This document shows, in pieces, positions 49,250 to 51,408 of a stretch of DNA of 51,408 nt; the first letter of the stretch is position 1; each line of letters begins with the position of its first letter. Where the stretch lies: the NCBI RefSeq assembly GCF_006345805.1, contig NW_021834011.1:1-51408 (forward strand), in the 5' to 3' direction. A program made the translations under genes and the position numbers. A model generated the notes under the pieces. That model was given only the letters and a program-made list of their open reading frames with translations. It did no database searches and had not been told where the DNA came from. The DNA is from Octopus sinensis. Its lineage: Eukaryota.

Positions 49250-50710
49250 TGCAATTTTAGAGGAATGCAAGTGCTACCATCAGAAAAGGAAGGAAAGAAC
49301 ACAGGCACAAACATAAAGAAAGAAGGGGAGGAAAAGGAAACGATGATATAACTAAGCCACCAAACAAAAAACAGCCTCAAGTATGGAGGCTTCAATGGAA
49401 TACAAAACCTTAGAGGAGAGAAGAAATTTGGAGTGAAGTCAAAGACATGCAAATTTTACCTGCAAGGCAAATGTTGGCATGGGGAAGATGGTGCAAACTG
49501 CCACTTCGTTCACCCAGACCCTGCCAAAACTACAAGGGCCCTAAGGAGAAATACTTCCTTGAGGAAAGGCACCAATCATTACTAAAGAAATTATACAGAT
49601 GCAGTGCACTCTTCAGATGTTATGCACAAGACAGCAGCTGAGCAAGAGTCTTTTTTGTGCATTGCACAAAAGATTGTGCAGCAGCTAACCTGGCTACATC
49701 AAGCGCAAACAAGGAACTTTTCCCACCACTGCAAGACCACCACAATCAACAGACATGGGTGGCTATCTGCCCTCAGCTCCAGATAGCCACCCTTGTTAAC
49801 AATGCAGAAGAAACAAAAGTCATGCAAAGAATACAGAACCCTGACAATGTTGCACACCTGCAGCAGGAGTTAGACTCAATTTACAGATGGGCTGAGGACA
49901 ATAATATACAGTTTAATGCGGAAAAATTCCACGCCCTGTGCTACCAGTGTCCAAAACTGAACATAAAACTTACTGGACACACTGGTGCACAGAGGATTAC
50001 AATCCCAGAGCCTAAATCAGTGCGGAATCTGGGTATCGACATGAGTGATGATACCCCTTTCCAAGTGCACAGAATGGTGACAAAGTGCAAAAGATTGGCT
50101 GGATGGATCCTGAGAACGTTCAGAACCAGAGATAAGGAAACCATGATGGCCCTCAAGAGGACATTAGTCCTCAGCTGCCTGGATTACTGCTCCCAGCTAT
50201 GGTCACCCAACAGTGTTAAATTAATAGTGAACCTTGAAGCAATCCAGTGAAACTTCACAAAGAAGACCATCTTATTGCAACAGCTCAGATACTGGGGAAG
50301 GCTAAAACAGCAAAGACTGTACTCCCTGGAGTGAAGGCAGGAGAGGTATGCAGTAATATACATTGGAAGATCCTGGAAGGAATTGTGCCAAATTTTGACA
50401 TTGAAAGCTACTCAAATGCCGAATTGGGTCAACACTGCACAGTGCCAAAGATCCCAGCATTGCCATCGCACTTCAGGACCAATTGCTGCTACAGCCAGAG
50501 TTTCAGGGGCCCACAGTATTTTAATATTCTTCCAAAGATCCCGAGGGACCTACACAAAGTGGATATAGGTGTTTTCAAATCAAAACTGGACGTCTTTCTG
50601 TCAAGAGTCCCAGATGAACCTACCCCGTGGCAAGAGGTGCAAATGAGGTTAGTGACATCAAACTCCCTTATTCACCAAATTCCACTTATTAGAGGAGACT
50701 CTCAATAATA
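49250..50710 (+). mobile_element. Internally deleted CR1-group LINE: ORF1 CCCH zinc finger joined to RT C-terminus
   Basis: CKFYLQGKCWHGEDGANCHFVHP at 49448-49516; RT region RWAEDNNIQFNAEKF...LDYCSQLWSP...VPDEP at 49790-50708, homologous to 11700-12690. Confidence 0.85.
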
Positions 50711-50892
50711 AGAGTGTACATATATATATATATATATATATTAAAACTCAACTCTGGGCAGTTAGTCACCTCACTGGTGAACGCATAACCTAGGGCTGTC
50801 TTTATGGAAGACCAGCAGTCGCCCATGCACATCGGCCTCCCCTCTCCACGCCACCGAGTTTCTCCATGGGAAGACAAAGGCCAATACAGCTT

Positions 50893-51005
50893 GGCACCAG
50901 TGGTTAGAGTGTCGAGCTTACAATCATGAAATTGTGAGTTCAATCCCTGGACTGGGTTGTGTGTTCTTGAGCAAGACCCTTTTTTTCACATTGCTCCAGT
51001 TCACT
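50893..51005 (+). mobile_element. tRNA-derived SINE 5' fragment (another family)
   Basis: gtggttagagtgtcg...gagttcaatccc (A/B boxes), then ttgagcaagac...ttgctccagttcac. Confidence 0.6.
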
Positions 51006-51231
51006 TATATATATATATATTAATATGATATAAATATATATGTATTAATATAATATGCATATATATTATTATATATAAGTATATATGTAGCTATATGTAA
51101 CAATATATGAATGTGTATACATATATTGTATATATACATACAGTTGGTATGTATATATGTATATACAGACATGATATACAAACACACCTACAGTGAAGAG
51201 TGCTTGATAATATATATATATATATATACAC

Positions 51232-51306
<75 letters not shown>

Positions 51307-51408
51307 TATATATATATACATATATATATATTATATATATATACTATATATATATATATCATTTAATAAATAAATGCTTGACTTAAAAAGACTTAGAGTA
51401 AGTTAGAC

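Overview
AT-rich, repeat-saturated eukaryotic DNA. The SINE content and microsatellite load strongly suggest an octopus (coleoid cephalopod) genome; this is inferred from pattern familiarity, not a database hit. No host protein-coding gene can be confidently called, and most six-frame ORFs are translations of (TA)n, (TATG)n, (AAT)n or (CAT)n tracts. Recognisable content: (1) dozens of tRNA-derived SINE copies from at least three families (my labels A, B, C) plus an RTE-tailed element (label D); (2) three decayed CR1-group LINE pieces whose 3' stem-loop is shared with SINE-A; (3) restriction-like-endonuclease LINE 3' ends (R4/Dong-like) sitting in (TAA)n tracts, including a head-to-tail array of five at 27.5-29.3 kb; (4) Penelope-like terminal repeats with hammerhead-ribozyme-like motifs, in tandem (22.4-23.7 kb) and inverted (15.2-15.7 kb) arrangements; (5) foldback/MITE elements, a short non-autonomous Helitron, and piggyBac-, mariner- and hAT-like remnants; (6) a possible Asp-rich ORF of about 300 aa broken by two single-base insertions (24.06-24.96 kb, minus). 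Scattered 1-nt indels suggest residual long-read error, so frameshift calls are provisional. Most repeat boundaries are approximate (about +/-10-20 bp).
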